From: Psilocybe cubensis
Lineage: Eukaryota
Assembly: GCA_017499595.2 (NCBI GenBank)
Contig: CM039010.1
Coordinates: forward strand, 2,046,001 to 2,110,000
Direction of reading: 5' to 3'
Length of the DNA stretch: 64,000 nt
Numbering within the stretch: the first letter of the stretch is position 1; each line of letters begins with the position of its first letter. Made by a program: the position numbers and the translations under genes. The notes under the pieces are model-generated. The model was not told the origin of the DNA, did no database searches, and saw only the letters and a list, made by a program, of their open reading frames with translations. Below, piece by piece: positions 62,958 to 64,000 of this stretch.

Positions 62958-64000
62958 TCATGAAACAATATCCTTCTCTCTGCTATGGTCACCAGTGTTG
63001 CTCTAACATGTTCAAACAGTTTAAATATGTTAAACTCTGTACTCTGGACTTTGGATATACAACTTGCCTCTATATTGCTGTCATTATCGAGGTTGTCTAT
63101 CCTGCGATGGAGACTTAAATGGAGGACGTTCCTATCTTTGACAACATAACGGTCATTAAGTCTACATGATCCGGTAAGTCCAGGCAGAAAAGACAAAAAC
63201 AAGTAGAGACTTACAGTGAGAGCAGCGATATCGAGAATGCTATCATGTGAGGGAAGCTTAGCATGGGAACTGCGCATTAAAGCTTTAGAATACTTGCACG
63301 AACCTTTTGGGACTACTTGAAGAATGCATATCCATTCGACTAAGCGTACATACAATCATGAGAGGTTCAAAGTCAGCTTATGAAAATGATGACGTACAAC
63401 CCTGAGGGTCTACGAGAAACTGCAACCAAGGTTCATGAGCAATGAGGTTTTTTGAAGTGGGATGGCTTGACCAACATACATATACGAGAACCGTTATCCC
63501 AGGTATTGCCGAAAGAAGCCCGGTTTCTGATAAACGCGTATGTCAACGTATGTCTGTTGTCATATAATATTTTGTTATCTTACTGACTGTCCATGCCATA
63601 ATTTGGTCTGCAATACCATCCAAGCTGTAGTTTTATGGTTAACATTTCTGTAGTGCAAAAAAGGTATTAGGATTTTACCTTCGTGTGACTTCTGTGCCCC
63701 TCTTTTTGAACGCGAGATAATAGAGTAGGAAGGACGATATGGCAATGTCGCTCGCACACCGCAACGACAATAAGCATGTTAACAACCAATGCCAGTTAAT
63801 AATGAATATTTGAAGTGTATCTGCGCGGATCAAGTTCACAATATTGTAAACTATTACAATCATGCGCAATAGAGCTACTGCGGCACAGCCCCAAAGCCAG
63901 CCCATGCCATGATTTCCGAAGACGCGGGCACGATTTACATAGAAAAGCTAATGATATTATTAGCTGCTGTATAGATATTGGATATTAATGCTCAAGACCT
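62958..64000 (-). CDS. DUF6534-type integral membrane protein, paralog 5 (5' part outside the window)
   Basis: WHWLLTCLLSLRCASDIAISSFLLYYL; ETGLLSAIPG; WICILQVVPK; FSISLLSLLNDR. Last intron 63003-63067 is probably GC-AG. Confidence 0.8.

Overview
Eukaryotic, intron-rich fungal DNA; short introns, microexons and the gene families present point to an Agaricomycete basidiomycete. No rRNA, tRNA or CRISPR was recognised. About 19 spliced host genes: CSE1 exportin, a 75-aa Cys/His-rich protein missed by the ORF track, HIS2 histidinol phosphatase, three monocarboxylate-type MFS transporters, a GH7 cellobiohydrolase without CBM1, SPO7, a small membrane protein, a secreted histidine-phosphatase-like protein lacking the RHG motif, five DUF6534-type membrane paralogs, a sucrose/alpha-glucoside-type MFS, URC4/DUF1688 and a secreted amidase. 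The accessory DNA shows three nested insertions: (1) a Ty1/Copia element with apparently identical LTRs but three in-frame stops, inside the arm of a long-TIR foldback element; (2) a 228-bp Helitron-like element whose empty site lies in the same window; (3) a 1.3-kb TIR element inside a TGCAC-repeat tract. A PIF/Harbinger-like MITE, a 43-bp perfect hairpin and a 185-bp tandem duplication also occur. The best candidate for an undescribed system is a duplicated DUF6534 + MFS transporter module; its function is inference only. Gene boundaries were read by eye and some 3' ends are approximate.
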